Notes under the pieces: generated by a model
Told to the model about the DNA's origin: nothing
The model's input: the letters and a program-made list of their open reading frames with translations, nothing else
Database searches by the model: none
Assembly: GCA_046349335.1 (NCBI GenBank)
Contig: JAXMCO010000007.1
Location: forward strand, 10,039 to 74,038
Source of the DNA: Reyranellaceae bacterium
GTDB taxonomy: Bacteria > Pseudomonadota > Alphaproteobacteria > Reyranellales > Reyranellaceae
Length of the DNA: 64,000 nucleotides
Reading direction: 5' to 3'
Program-made: the position numbers and the translations under genes
Part shown: piece after piece, positions 20,670-29,523 of the stretch
How the letters are laid out: every line of letters begins with the position of its first letter
How positions within the stretch are numbered: position 1 is the first letter of the stretch

Positions 20670-21308
20670 ATGTCCTTGCCGAAGTCCGTCCACGTCGTCA
20701 GCCATCCGCTGGTGCAGCACAAGCTCACCAAGATGCGCGACCGCCAGACCTCGAGCACCAACTTCCGTCGGCTGCTGCGCGAGATCGGCCTGTTGCTGGG
20801 TTACGATGCCACACGCGACCTGCCGCTGGTCGAGACCGACATCACCACGCCGATCGCGCCGATGAAGGCGCCGCTGCTCGACGGCAAGAAGCTCGTGGTG
20901 GTGCCGATCCTGCGCGCCGGCCTGGGGCTGGCCGAAGGGATCATCGACCTCGTGCCGCTGGCGCGCATGGGCCATGTCGGGCTGTACCGCGATCCGCGGA
21001 CGCTGCAGGCGGTCGAATACTACTTCAAGATCCCGCAGGACATTTCGGACCGCGACGTCATCGTCTGCGATCCCATGCTGGCGACCGCGCACTCGGCGAT
21101 CGCGGCGGTCGATCGGCTGAAGGAGACGGGCGCCAAGCGGATCAAGTTCATCTGCGTGCTGGGCTCGGTACAGGGCGCCAACGCCTTCGCCGAGGTCCAT
21201 CCCGACGTGCCGGTATTCACGGCGGCGATCGATGCGGAGCTCAACGATCACGGGTATATTGTCCCCGGCCTGGGAGACGCGGGCGACCGCCTTTTCGGGA
21301 CCAAGTAA
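20670..21308 (+). CDS. upp: Uracil phosphoribosyltransferase
   Basis: [37 protein letters not shown]. Confidence 0.97.
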   Translation: MSLPKSVHVVSHPLVQHKLTKMRDRQTSSTNFRRLLREIGLLLGYDATRDLPLVETDITTPIAPMKAPLLDGKKLVVVPILRAGLGLAEGIIDLVPLARMGHVGLYRDPRTLQAVEYYFKIPQDISDRDVIVCDPMLATAHSAIAAVDRLKETGAKRIKFICVLGSVQGANAFAEVHPDVPVFTAAIDAELNDHGYIVPGLGDAGDRLFGTK

Positions 21309-21330
21309 CGACATTGAAGGGGGAGTGCCG

Positions 21331-21726
21331 ATGTCTCCGGATCTCAAGTATCTCCTATTCTCCACGATCTTGTGCTTCGTGCAGGTGTTGGTCGCCGCGT
21401 CGGGCGCCAACAACCAGGTCGGCTTGAATACCTTGGCCGGCAATCGCGAAAGCCTTCCTGAGATCACCGGCTGGGCCGGACGCGCCCGGCGGGCCCATCT
21501 CAACATGGTCGAGAATCTGGTTCTGTTCGCCGCCTTGATCCTGATCGCGGCTGCTGCGGGCAAGGCCAATGCGACGACGGCGATGGGCGCCATGATCTTC
21601 TTCTGGGCGCGGCTCGCTTACGCGATCATCTACCTGATCGGCATTCCGTGGCTGCGTACCGTCGCCTGGTTCGTCTCGGTGATCGGCATGGCGATGATCG
21701 CCTTGGCATTGCTGCAGGCGCTCTGA
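21331..21726 (+). CDS. MAPEG-family membrane protein
   Basis: RARRAHLNMVENL, FFWARLAY..Y..GIPWLRT; GGGGAG RBS. Confidence 0.88.
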   Translation: MSPDLKYLLFSTILCFVQVLVAASGANNQVGLNTLAGNRESLPEITGWAGRARRAHLNMVENLVLFAALILIAAAAGKANATTAMGAMIFFWARLAYAIIYLIGIPWLRTVAWFVSVIGMAMIALALLQAL

Positions 21727-21760
21727 GTTCCGCTTCCGCCAGGCGCGGGCCAAAGAGAAA

Positions 21761-21786
21761 GATTCCTCGCTCACGAGCGAGGGATC
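21761..21786. repeat. Short palindromic REP-like hairpin
   Basis: GATTCCTCGCTC-AC-GAGCGAGGGATC; shares GATTCCTCGCT with the element at 22693. Confidence 0.55.
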
Positions 21787-21830
21787 GTTCTCTATTGAGC
21801 GCAATCGCAAGCCATTCGTGGAGGAAGGAA

Positions 21831-22679
21831 ATGCAACGCTTGGCCACGGGCTACGGTCTCATCGAGGGGCCGGTGTGGGATCCGACACGCGGCCTCTATT
21901 TCAGCGACGTCATCAACGGCGGTGTATTCCTGCTCGACCGCAGCGACCAGGTGTCGGTGGCAGTACCCAAGCGGCGCGGCATCGGCGGCATGGCGCTGCA
22001 CGCAGCGGGCGGCCTGGTGGTCGGCGGGAGTGACATTGCCGTCGTCGGCCGCGCCGACGGCGCCACGCATCAGCTCCTCGCCCAGGATGCCATTCCCGGC
22101 GCCACCGGCTTCAACGATCTCACGACCGATCAGGTGGGCCGGGTCTATGTCGGCTCGCTCGCCTTCCGCGTGTTCGGCGGCGAGCCGCCCAAGCCTGGCC
22201 ATCTGCATGTGATCGATCTCGACCGCAGCATGCGCACGCTGTCGGACGGCGTCATGTTGACCAACGGGCTTGGCTTCTCGGCCGACGGCAAGCTTCTCTA
22301 TCACTGCGACGCCCGTTCCGGCTTGGTGCGCGTCTACGATGTGAGCAGCGACGGCAGCGTCGGCCCCTGGCGGACGTTCGCCGCACTCGCCGCCGGCAGC
22401 GTTCCGGATGGCCTGAAAGTGGCGAGCGACGGCTCGGTGTGGGTGGCCGATGCGCATGGCGGCCGGGTCGCCGTGTTCAACCTAGACGGCAGCCATCGAC
22501 ACGACGTGCCGGTACCCCTGCCGATGGTCACCAGCCTGTGCTTCGGCGGCGACGACCTGCGTGACCTCTACGTCGTCACGGGCTCGCGCGGCGGCCCGTC
22601 GGAGAATTGCGGTAGCGTGTTCCGTACGAGGGTCGATGTGCCTGGGCTTGCGCTGTATCCGGCGCGTGTCTCGGTGTGA
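21831..22679 (+). CDS. SMP-30/gluconolactonase family protein
   Basis: IEGPVWD, FNDL, NGLGFS.DG, PDGL, TSLCFGG. Confidence 0.92.
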   Translation: MQRLATGYGLIEGPVWDPTRGLYFSDVINGGVFLLDRSDQVSVAVPKRRGIGGMALHAAGGLVVGGSDIAVVGRADGATHQLLAQDAIPGATGFNDLTTDQVGRVYVGSLAFRVFGGEPPKPGHLHVIDLDRSMRTLSDGVMLTNGLGFSADGKLLYHCDARSGLVRVYDVSSDGSVGPWRTFAALAAGSVPDGLKVASDGSVWVADAHGGRVAVFNLDGSHRHDVPVPLPMVTSLCFGGDDLRDLYVVTGSRGGPSENCGSVFRTRVDVPGLALYPARVSV

Positions 22680-22692
22680 ACGCTCGATGAAG

Positions 22693-22767
22693 GATTCCTC
22701 GCTGCGCTCTAGATGACAGGGTTTGCGTGACGAGCATCGCCTGTCACTCCGAGCGCAACGGGGGATT
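22693..22767. repeat. Imperfect inverted-repeat REP-like element between convergent genes
   Basis: GATTCCTCGCTGCGCTCTAGATGACAG ... CTGTCACTCCGAGCGCAACGGGGGATT. Confidence 0.55.
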
Positions 22768-22784
22768 TTTGATTCTTCAGATTA

Positions 22785-23258
22785 TCACCGCCCGTGTTGC
22801 CCCGGTGCGGACGTGCCCATCGCCTCGACGGTGAGCTCGACGGAGATGCTGCCGGCCTTCTCGAAGACCAGGGTTGCGGGCACCTTGGTGTCCTTGGCGA
22901 ACGGTGCCTTCAGGTCGATGAACATCAGATGCAGGCTGCCGGGCTTCAGCGTTACCGTGGCGCCGGGCGGCAGCTCGATGCCCTTGGGCAGCTCGCGCAT
23001 GCGCATGATGCTGCCTTCCATCGTCATCTCGTGCAGCTCGACCTTGGCGGAGTTCGGGCTGGTGGCGGCAATCAGGCGGTCGGGCGTCGTGCCGGTGTTG
23101 ACGAGAACGAGAAAGCCGCCGCCCGCCGGCGCTGTGGGCGGCGTGGCGCGTGTCCACGGCTGCTTGATCTCGATCGCGCCGAGCTTGTAGTCGGCGGCAT
23201 GGGCCGCGGACGCGGCGAGAGCCAACGCGGCGGCGAAGACGATGCGAAGGAAGGACAT
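22785..23258 (-). CDS. Periplasmic copper chaperone PCu(A)C (DUF461)
   Basis: VELHEMTMEGSIMRMR..LKPGSLHLM (H-x-M..M..H-x-M); signal peptide. Confidence 0.95.
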   Translation of the reverse strand: MSFLRIVFAAALALAASAAHAADYKLGAIEIKQPWTRATPPTAPAGGGFLVLVNTGTTPDRLIAATSPNSAKVELHEMTMEGSIMRMRELPKGIELPPGATVTLKPGSLHLMFIDLKAPFAKDTKVPATLVFEKAGSISVELTVEAMGTSAPGQHGR

Positions 23259-23267
23259 GAAAAGGCC

Positions 23268-23759
23268 TCAGGGTCGGGAGTTGCGTTGGGTATCGAGCCA
23301 GGTGCGAACCTGGGCGAGATCGGCGACGCCAGGCAGCACGATCGCCTGGCCCTTGGCGTCGATCATCACTGTGCGCGGCAGTTCGCCGGCCCAGGCGGGA
23401 TCGATCTCGTAGCGCAGACGTTCGTAGAAGCGATCGGTAAAGCTCCAGCTTTCGCTACCGGCAAGGCCGGCCCGTTCCAGGGTCGCAGTCACGCGGTCTG
23501 GCTCCTGCGGCAGGGGATCGGCGGCGATCAGCACGAGCTTCAGGTCCGATCGCTCCTGGCGCAGCTTGCCCCACTGCGGCAGCTCGACCAGGCAGGGGCC
23601 GCAGGTGAGGCCCCAGAAATGGATCACCATCGCCTGGCCGTTGTGGCTGGCGCGCAGCTTGGCCCAGCTTCCGCGTTCGAAGGCGAGCGGGTTGGTCGGC
23701 TCGGCGTTGGCGAGCGACGCCATCGCCACGAGAAAGCCGAGCAGGATGGACAGTCTCAT
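23268..23759 (-). CDS. Exported TlpA/thioredoxin-like protein
   Basis: HFWGLTCGPCLVELP, cis-Pro GELPRT; ATGA overlap. Confidence 0.88.
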   Translation of the reverse strand: MRLSILLGFLVAMASLANAEPTNPLAFERGSWAKLRASHNGQAMVIHFWGLTCGPCLVELPQWGKLRQERSDLKLVLIAADPLPQEPDRVTATLERAGLAGSESWSFTDRFYERLRYEIDPAWAGELPRTVMIDAKGQAIVLPGVADLAQVRTWLDTQRNSRP

Positions 23760-24937
23760 GGCTGGTCCTCCAGCGGGATCAGGCGATAGCCTTCTGTCTT
23801 GGTGAGCCACGACAGGTACGTCCGTCCAGCGTGCGCGACCAGCAGCGGATGATCGGAGGCATCGTCGGTTTCGGCAACCGCGCGGGCGCCGCTCCAGGTC
23901 AGGCCGCTGTCGCGCGAGACCTGCCAACGGACCGCCACTTTGTCGCCATCGAACTCCTTCCACACGAGATGCAGCGCGCGGCCGTCGGCGAGCAGGTAGG
24001 GCCGCGCCGGCTGGCGACCGGGCGAGGACAGGGCGCGCGGCGAACCGAAGGCCGCGGACCCTGAGTCGGCGCGGGCATAGAACAGGCCCTTGCGCGCTGT
24101 GCCGTCGGTGAACCAGGCGGCGTGCTGCGACCCATCCGGGGCGACGGCGAGGCTGGGACCGTGATGCGGGCACGCCTCGATCTTCCAGTCGTCGACACTG
24201 ACGCGGCGCAGCGGGCCGGGCGTCGCGGAGTCCTTGAAGGTGACGACGGCGTGATCGCGGACCGATCCGGCGAAGATGTTTCGGAAGACGATCGCCGGCC
24301 GGCCGGCGCCGGCGAAGGCGAGGCCGAGCCGGCAGCATTCGCAGGTGTTGTCGAGCGCGATCGACGTGTCGCCGAAGCCGGCCTCGCCATCCTCCCAGGC
24401 GTAGGCGAGGGCAGCGCCGGCGTAGGCCTTGCCGGCCGCACGCGCCCTGGCGACGTTGCGCTTGTCGAGCCAGGTCGCGAACACGCGACCGTCCGGGTCG
24501 ACGGCGGCGACTTCGAAGCGCTGGCTGGTCGTGTCCGCCGTGATCGGCCGCGGCCGGGTGAAGGTGGCGCCGCCGTCGCCGGAGCGGGCGAAGAAGGCGC
24601 GGCCGTTGAAGTTCTTGTCCTGGAAGATGCCGAAGGTGATGATCGGGTTCCCCTTGGGATCGACAGCGATGCGCGCGCGCGCATCGGGTCCCCAGTCGAG
24701 GTTCATGGGCTCGGGCGTCACCGTCACCGGGGCGGAAAAGGTCTTGCCGAGGTCGGTCGAGCGCAGCACGACGATGCGATCGGCCATCGGCCGTGCCAAC
24801 CACAGTGCGCCGTCCGGCGCGAAAGCCGGCGCGGCGGTGAAGGCCTCGGGCGTGCTGCCCGCCTTGCCATGCTGATGCTGGGCGACGGCATCGGGGCCGA
24901 ACAGGACGAGCGCTGCGAGCGCGAGCAACTGACGCAT
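23756..24937 (-). CDS. Exported BNR/Asp-box (sialidase-like) beta-propeller with CECC and CPHH motifs
   Basis: Asp-boxes STDLGKTF, SGDGGATF, SRDSGLTW; TGATG coupling to the TBDR. Confidence 0.85.
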   Translation of the reverse strand: MRQLLALAALVLFGPDAVAQHQHGKAGSTPEAFTAAPAFAPDGALWLARPMADRIVVLRSTDLGKTFSAPVTVTPEPMNLDWGPDARARIAVDPKGNPIITFGIFQDKNFNGRAFFARSGDGGATFTRPRPITADTTSQRFEVAAVDPDGRVFATWLDKRNVARARAAGKAYAGAALAYAWEDGEAGFGDTSIALDNTCECCRLGLAFAGAGRPAIVFRNIFAGSVRDHAVVTFKDSATPGPLRRVSVDDWKIEACPHHGPSLAVAPDGSQHAAWFTDGTARKGLFYARADSGSAAFGSPRALSSPGRQPARPYLLADGRALHLVWKEFDGDKVAVRWQVSRDSGLTWSGARAVAETDDASDHPLLVAHAGRTYLSWLTKTEGYRLIPLEDQP

Positions 24938-27105
24938 CAGAACCTCACTCTCAGGCCGGCGATCGCCGTCAGCGGCATGCCGAGCTGCGGGATGGCCGAC
25001 GCATTGACGGTCGAGCCTTCGAACGACGTCAGCGAGTATCCCTGGGCCAGATACTGGACGTTCGTCAGATTTTGGATACTGCCATAGATATCGACATCCT
25101 TGGCAGGCGACCAGCGTACGCCGAGATCGATCAGGGTGGCGCCGTCGTTCAACTGCGTGTGACCGGTGTCGTTCCAGTATTGGGGGAACGACTTCATGGA
25201 CGCCGTGAGGACCAGGTTCTCGATCGGCCGCCATTCCACCCCGGCCGTGAACATGGTGCTCGGCACCTGGCCGAGCTGGACGCCGGTGCGCACCAGGGTC
25301 GGATTTACCGAGCTGGTGAGATAGGCGATCGTGTTGGTGAAGCTGCCCATCAGCTTGAGCTGCTCGATCGGTTGCCAGGTCGCGATGAGCTCGAAGCCCT
25401 GGAAGGTGGCGTTGCCGACATTCTGATATTGGCGCACCGACGTGAAGCTGGGGCTGAGCCCTGCCGCCGCGATGAAAGGGGCGGCGCAGGTCGGGTTGGT
25501 GTTGCACACCGTCACGAAGTCGATGAAGTTGTTCAGGTTGTTGTTGAAGTAGGTGCCCGACAAGGTGAAGCCTTTCCAGTCGAAGTCGATGCCGACTTCC
25601 TGGCCGAAATTCGTCATGGGCTGCAGGTTGGGGTTGATCGCCGTGAACGACGTGCCGCTGGCGAAGCTGCGGTACATCTGGTTCATGCCGGGCGCGGAGA
25701 AGTTGCGATAGATCGCGCCGCGTACAGTCACCTCGTCGCTGGCGTAGAACTTGAAGCCGACGCGGGGATCGAAGCTAGACGCGCTGCTGTTCGGTACGAC
25801 GTTGAGGGTGCTCGAGTTCTGGGTCAGCACGCTGGCGTTCATCGCTTGCCAGAAATCCCCGCGCACGCCGACCGTGATGTCGAGCGGCACGCCGGTGAAG
25901 CGGTATGTGCCTTGCCCGAAGACGCCCTGGAACCGATGCTCGCCGTTGACGACGAAGGTCGTCGGGTTCGCCGACACGCTGGCATAGAGATTGTTGTAGT
26001 CGGTGATGAGTATGCGCCGCGCATCGACGCCGATCTTGATGTCGCGCACGGGACCGAGGGTTGCCTCGTAGAACAGCGAGCCCCCCTGGTCGGCATTGGG
26101 CGTCGCCTCGATCTGGCTGACGAACTGGTTGAGGGCGCTGGTGTTGTTCAGCGTGTAGCCGCCGCTCGCCACGTTGATGGTGCCGAACGAGCCGCCGCTC
26201 AGCCAGCCGCTGAAATTAATCGAGGATTGGTCGTCGATCTGGTAGCTGCCGCCCAGCAGCAGGCGGTAGGTCGACCAGTTGTTGTGGGCGAAGGTCCAGA
26301 CCAGCCCATCCTCGTAGGTCTGGTTCCAGTAGGCCTTGGCGAAGACCTTGAGCTTGTCGTTCGGCGCCAGGAAAACGCTGGCGGCGATGTTGTCGGCCTT
26401 CGAGGCCGTCGGCACCAGGTTGGCGTTCTGATATTGCGCCGGCGTGAGGTTGTAGCCCGAGCTCTGAGCATGGTTGTAGCTCGCCCCGACCCTGACCTTG
26501 TCGTTGACGACATAGCTGCCGGCGACCTCCGCGGTGGCGGTGTTGTAGCTGCCGTAGCTGGTATCGGCCGCAGCCCCCGTCTTCGTCGGTTCCCGGGTGA
26601 CGATGTTGATCACCCCGCCCATCGCCATGTTGCCCCACAGGCTGGTGGCGCCGCCGCCGCGAATGACCTCGATGCGCTCGACCGAGTTCTTGGGGATGGT
26701 GCTCCAGTTGATGGTGCGGAAATAGGGATCGTTGATCGGCACGCCGTCGACCATGACCAGCGTGTTGATCGTCGTGCTGGTGCCGAAGCCGCGGATATTG
26801 ACCGGCTGGGCCGTGGGATGGAGCTGGCCGGTCGGGATGTTGGGCAGCCAGACGCCCGGAATGCGATTTACGATCTGGTCGACGCCGGTCTCGGGCAGGG
26901 CTTGGATCTGTTCGCGCGTGAGCAGCGTGGTGCTGACGTCGAGCTTGTCGAGCGGCGAGCCGCGGCCGGCGGTCACGGTGATGGGCGGCAGGTCGACGCT
27001 CGATGGAGCGGGATTGGCAGGCGGAGTCTGTTGCGCCTCGGCGAGCGCAGGTACGAGGGCCAGTGCCCCCAGGGCGGCGCACGTCACCGCACGGATGGAA
27101 AACAT
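24937..27105 (-). CDS. TonB-dependent outer-membrane receptor
   Basis: TonB box ITVTA, plug NIRG..VMVDGVP..ERIEVIRG..WG..AMGGVINIVT, terminal LRVRF. Confidence 0.95.
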   Translation of the reverse strand: MFSIRAVTCAALGALALVPALAEAQQTPPANPAPSSVDLPPITVTAGRGSPLDKLDVSTTLLTREQIQALPETGVDQIVNRIPGVWLPNIPTGQLHPTAQPVNIRGFGTSTTINTLVMVDGVPINDPYFRTINWSTIPKNSVERIEVIRGGGATSLWGNMAMGGVINIVTREPTKTGAAADTSYGSYNTATAEVAGSYVVNDKVRVGASYNHAQSSGYNLTPAQYQNANLVPTASKADNIAASVFLAPNDKLKVFAKAYWNQTYEDGLVWTFAHNNWSTYRLLLGGSYQIDDQSSINFSGWLSGGSFGTINVASGGYTLNNTSALNQFVSQIEATPNADQGGSLFYEATLGPVRDIKIGVDARRILITDYNNLYASVSANPTTFVVNGEHRFQGVFGQGTYRFTGVPLDITVGVRGDFWQAMNASVLTQNSSTLNVVPNSSASSFDPRVGFKFYASDEVTVRGAIYRNFSAPGMNQMYRSFASGTSFTAINPNLQPMTNFGQEVGIDFDWKGFTLSGTYFNNNLNNFIDFVTVCNTNPTCAAPFIAAAGLSPSFTSVRQYQNVGNATFQGFELIATWQPIEQLKLMGSFTNTIAYLTSSVNPTLVRTGVQLGQVPSTMFTAGVEWRPIENLVLTASMKSFPQYWNDTGHTQLNDGATLIDLGVRWSPAKDVDIYGSIQNLTNVQYLAQGYSLTSFEGSTVNASAIPQLGMPLTAIAGLRVRF

Positions 27106-27120
27106 GAATACTCTCCCCAA

Positions 27121-27170
27121 CTGACGAACGAATGCCGCGCGTGGGCACGCGCGGCGGATTCACGAGTCAG
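27121..27170 (-). promoter_or_regulatory. Stem-loop between the DUF2946 stop and the TBDR Shine-Dalgarno
   Basis: Core GCCGCGCGTG/CACGCGCGGC (27134-27155), extended by GAAT/ATTC and CTGAC/GTCAG; SD GGGGAGAG at 27111-27118. Confidence 0.7.
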
Positions 27171-27550
27171 ACGGGGACGGGTGGCGCTCGAGGTTGGCTG
27201 GGTCCGTCGCGGATGCCGACCGGCGCCAGCGCCTCTTGCGCGAGGACGGGTCGTTCGACGGAACGTGACGGCAGGTCGACGAGGACGAAGATCGACGGCG
27301 GCACGCTCGCCGGAGCGGCGTGGGCGAGTCCCAGGCAGCATTCGTGCAGCCTGCCGGCGATCGGCGTGGTGCCGTCGCCGTCGTTTTGCGCAGCGGCACC
27401 GGGCAGGCACATCGCCGCCCAGCTCGCGGGTCCGCCGTCGCGCATCAATGCGGCATGGGCGAGCGGCTGCAGGAAGTTGAGCGTGATCGCAAGCAGCGCG
27501 GCGGCGAATGCCGCCGCACGCCAGCCCGATGCGGGTTGCCTGCGATCCAT
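27167..27550 (-). CDS. DUF2946-family leader protein (CruR/CutF-like) with C-terminal RAPP
   Basis: Signal/TM LLAITLNFLQPLAHA, AMCLPG, HECCLG, ends QPRAPPVPV. Confidence 0.85.
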   Translation of the reverse strand: MDRRQPASGWRAAAFAAALLAITLNFLQPLAHAALMRDGGPASWAAMCLPGAAAQNDGDGTTPIAGRLHECCLGLAHAAPASVPPSIFVLVDLPSRSVERPVLAQEALAPVGIRDGPSQPRAPPVPV

Positions 27551-27638
27551 ATATCTAGCTACGCACGAATGCTGGCGAAACGGAAGCGGCGGGTTGTCGC
27601 TCGGACGCGTCGAGGCGCTCTTGCGGATCGCGGAAGAA

Positions 27639-28244
27639 CTAAAGCTCCAGTGCCGCCAGCCGCGGATCGCCGCTTGCCTGCGCGAACGTCTTGAGCTGCC
27701 ACAGGGCGGCGAGGTGCAGGCCGGGGATTTCCAAAGTGCCGTCGCCGAGCTCGGCGATGAATTGGCGCCATGGGATTACGTGCGGGCGGATGACCTCTCC
27801 GGGGTCGAGCTTCTGGGCGGCGACCGGGCGTGCATCGAGGGCCAGGAAGGCGTGGACGCGGTTGTTCTGGCGCGCCGTGTTGGCGGTCGAGGAGCCCAGC
27901 GCATGCCATTCGTCGGCGGCGTAGCCTGTCTCCTCCAGGAGCTCGCGCTGCATGGCGGCGAGCAGGTCCTCGCCGTCGTGGTCGGGGGCGCCGCACGGCA
28001 GCTCGATGGAAAGCCGGCCGACGCCGTGGCGGTATTCCTCGATCAGCACGATGTGACGGTCGGACGTGAGCGCCACGGCGCAGATCCATTCGGGGAATTC
28101 GAGGGTGTGGTAGGGGGACAGGATGGTGCCGTTGGGCACGCGCACTGTGTCGCTGCGCAGTGCCAGCCAGCGATCGCGGTAGCTGTACTTGGTGTCGAGC
28201 ACCTGCCAGGGCTCGACGGCAACGGTCTTCCTGTCGTCTGCCAT
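27639..28244 (-). CDS. NUDIX hydrolase (ADP-ribose pyrophosphatase-like)
   Basis: ELPCG..DGE....AMQRELLEETGY Nudix box. Confidence 0.92.
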   Translation of the reverse strand: MADDRKTVAVEPWQVLDTKYSYRDRWLALRSDTVRVPNGTILSPYHTLEFPEWICAVALTSDRHIVLIEEYRHGVGRLSIELPCGAPDHDGEDLLAAMQRELLEETGYAADEWHALGSSTANTARQNNRVHAFLALDARPVAAQKLDPGEVIRPHVIPWRQFIAELGDGTLEIPGLHLAALWQLKTFAQASGDPRLAALEL

Positions 28245-28266
28245 TACACCGCCCTGTCGCTGGCCA

Positions 28267-29022
28267 TCACACCGCGGTCCAGCCGCCGTCGACGACCAGC
28301 TCGGCGCCGGTGACGTATGACGATTCGTCCGATGCCAGGAACAGGATGGCGTAAGCCACCTCGTCGACCTCGCCGGCGCGGCCGAGCGGCACGCCCTTCA
28401 AGGTCTTGGCGCGGGTCGCCGGATCGGCGGTGCGGCCGGAGGTGCGCATCGGCGGCATCAGGCCGGGATGCACCGAGTTGATGCGGATGCCGTCGCGGCC
28501 ATGCTGAGCGGCGGCCGCCTTGGTGATCAGTCGCACGGCACCCTTCGAGGCATTGTAGCCGACATGGATGTTGCCCTGGCCGACGATGCCCGAGACCGAC
28601 GACAGGTTGATCACCGAGCCGCGGCCCGCTTTCTTCATGGCGGCAATCCCGTGCTTCATGCCGAGGAAGACGCCGGTGGCGTTGATGCCCATCAGCCGGT
28701 TCCACGCCGCCGTGTCATAGAGATCTTGCTCGGCCGAACCCGAGATGCCGGCATTGTTGACCAGCACATCGAGGTGGTCGTGGTTGGCCACGATGCGGTC
28801 GATCAGGCTCTTCCACTGCGCCTCGTCGGTGACGTCGAGATGGGCATAGCTCGCCTTGCCGCCTGTCTTGACGATATCGGCGACGGTCGCCTCGCCTTCC
28901 TTGTCGAGCAGGTCGGCGACGATGACGGCCTTGGCGCCTTCGCGGGCAAACAGACGGGCAGTTGCGGCCCCCATGCCGCCAGCGGCGCCGCTGATCAGGG
29001 CGACCTTGTCTTTCATGCGCAT
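28267..29022 (-). CDS. Short-chain dehydrogenase/reductase
   Basis: GAAGGMG, NNAG, YNASKG. Confidence 0.94.
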   Translation of the reverse strand: MRMKDKVALISGAAGGMGAATARLFAREGAKAVIVADLLDKEGEATVADIVKTGGKASYAHLDVTDEAQWKSLIDRIVANHDHLDVLVNNAGISGSAEQDLYDTAAWNRLMGINATGVFLGMKHGIAAMKKAGRGSVINLSSVSGIVGQGNIHVGYNASKGAVRLITKAAAAQHGRDGIRINSVHPGLMPPMRTSGRTADPATRAKTLKGVPLGRAGEVDEVAYAILFLASDESSYVTGAELVVDGGWTAV

Positions 29023-29060
29023 TGCTTCTCTCCCTTGCAGTGACGATCGGATTGGTTGGA

Positions 29061-29378
29061 TCAGGCGAGCTTGAGTCCGACAATTCCGGCGACGATCAGG
29101 CCGATCGACACCATTCGCAGGGTGGATGCCGAATCACCGAATGCCAGGATGCCGACGGCGAAGGCACCGACCGCGCCGATGCCGGTCCACACCGCATAGG
29201 CCGTGCCCATGGGGAAGAAGCGTTGTGCCCACAAAAGCAGCGCACCGCTCGCTGTCATGGCGACAACGGCGAAGACGATCCATCCCCAACGGGGACCCTG
29301 ATCGGTCCAGCCGAGCTTCAGCCCGACCGGCCAGCCGATTTCGCAGATGCCGGCGAGAACCAGATAGAGCCACGCCAT
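29061..29378 (-). CDS. SMR-family exporter (SugE/Gdx-like)
   Basis: MAWLYLVLAGICEIGW, PMGTAYAVWTGIG, GIVGLKL; 105 aa. Confidence 0.9.
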   Translation of the reverse strand: MAWLYLVLAGICEIGWPVGLKLGWTDQGPRWGWIVFAVVAMTASGALLLWAQRFFPMGTAYAVWTGIGAVGAFAVGILAFGDSASTLRMVSIGLIVAGIVGLKLA

Positions 29379-29523
29379 TCTTTCCTTCTCCTCGGTAAGC
29401 GCGTGCCGGAGCATCGTTGACGACGGCGTGCCGGCCTGTTCTGATTGAGACTTGCACGCATCTTGCAGCATAGCGAGAGCGTCGGCATGGAATGAATGGG
29501 AACAGGGTGACGGGAGCGGGACC

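Noticed and set aside
25072-27480. Very long antisense or alternate-frame ORFs (also 5293-7548, 46535-49024, 31595-33601)
   Set aside because: Shadow ORFs of real high-GC genes; no motifs and R/G/A/P-biased composition
29379-29460. Guanidine riboswitch upstream of the SugE/Gdx-like gene
   Set aside because: No twin ACGR-loop hairpins or guanidine-I/III consensus; only a CCGGCACGC direct repeat
29452-29467. Sigma54-like TTGCAC-N5-TTGCA upstream of the peptide SBP
   Set aside because: Lacks the invariant GG at -24
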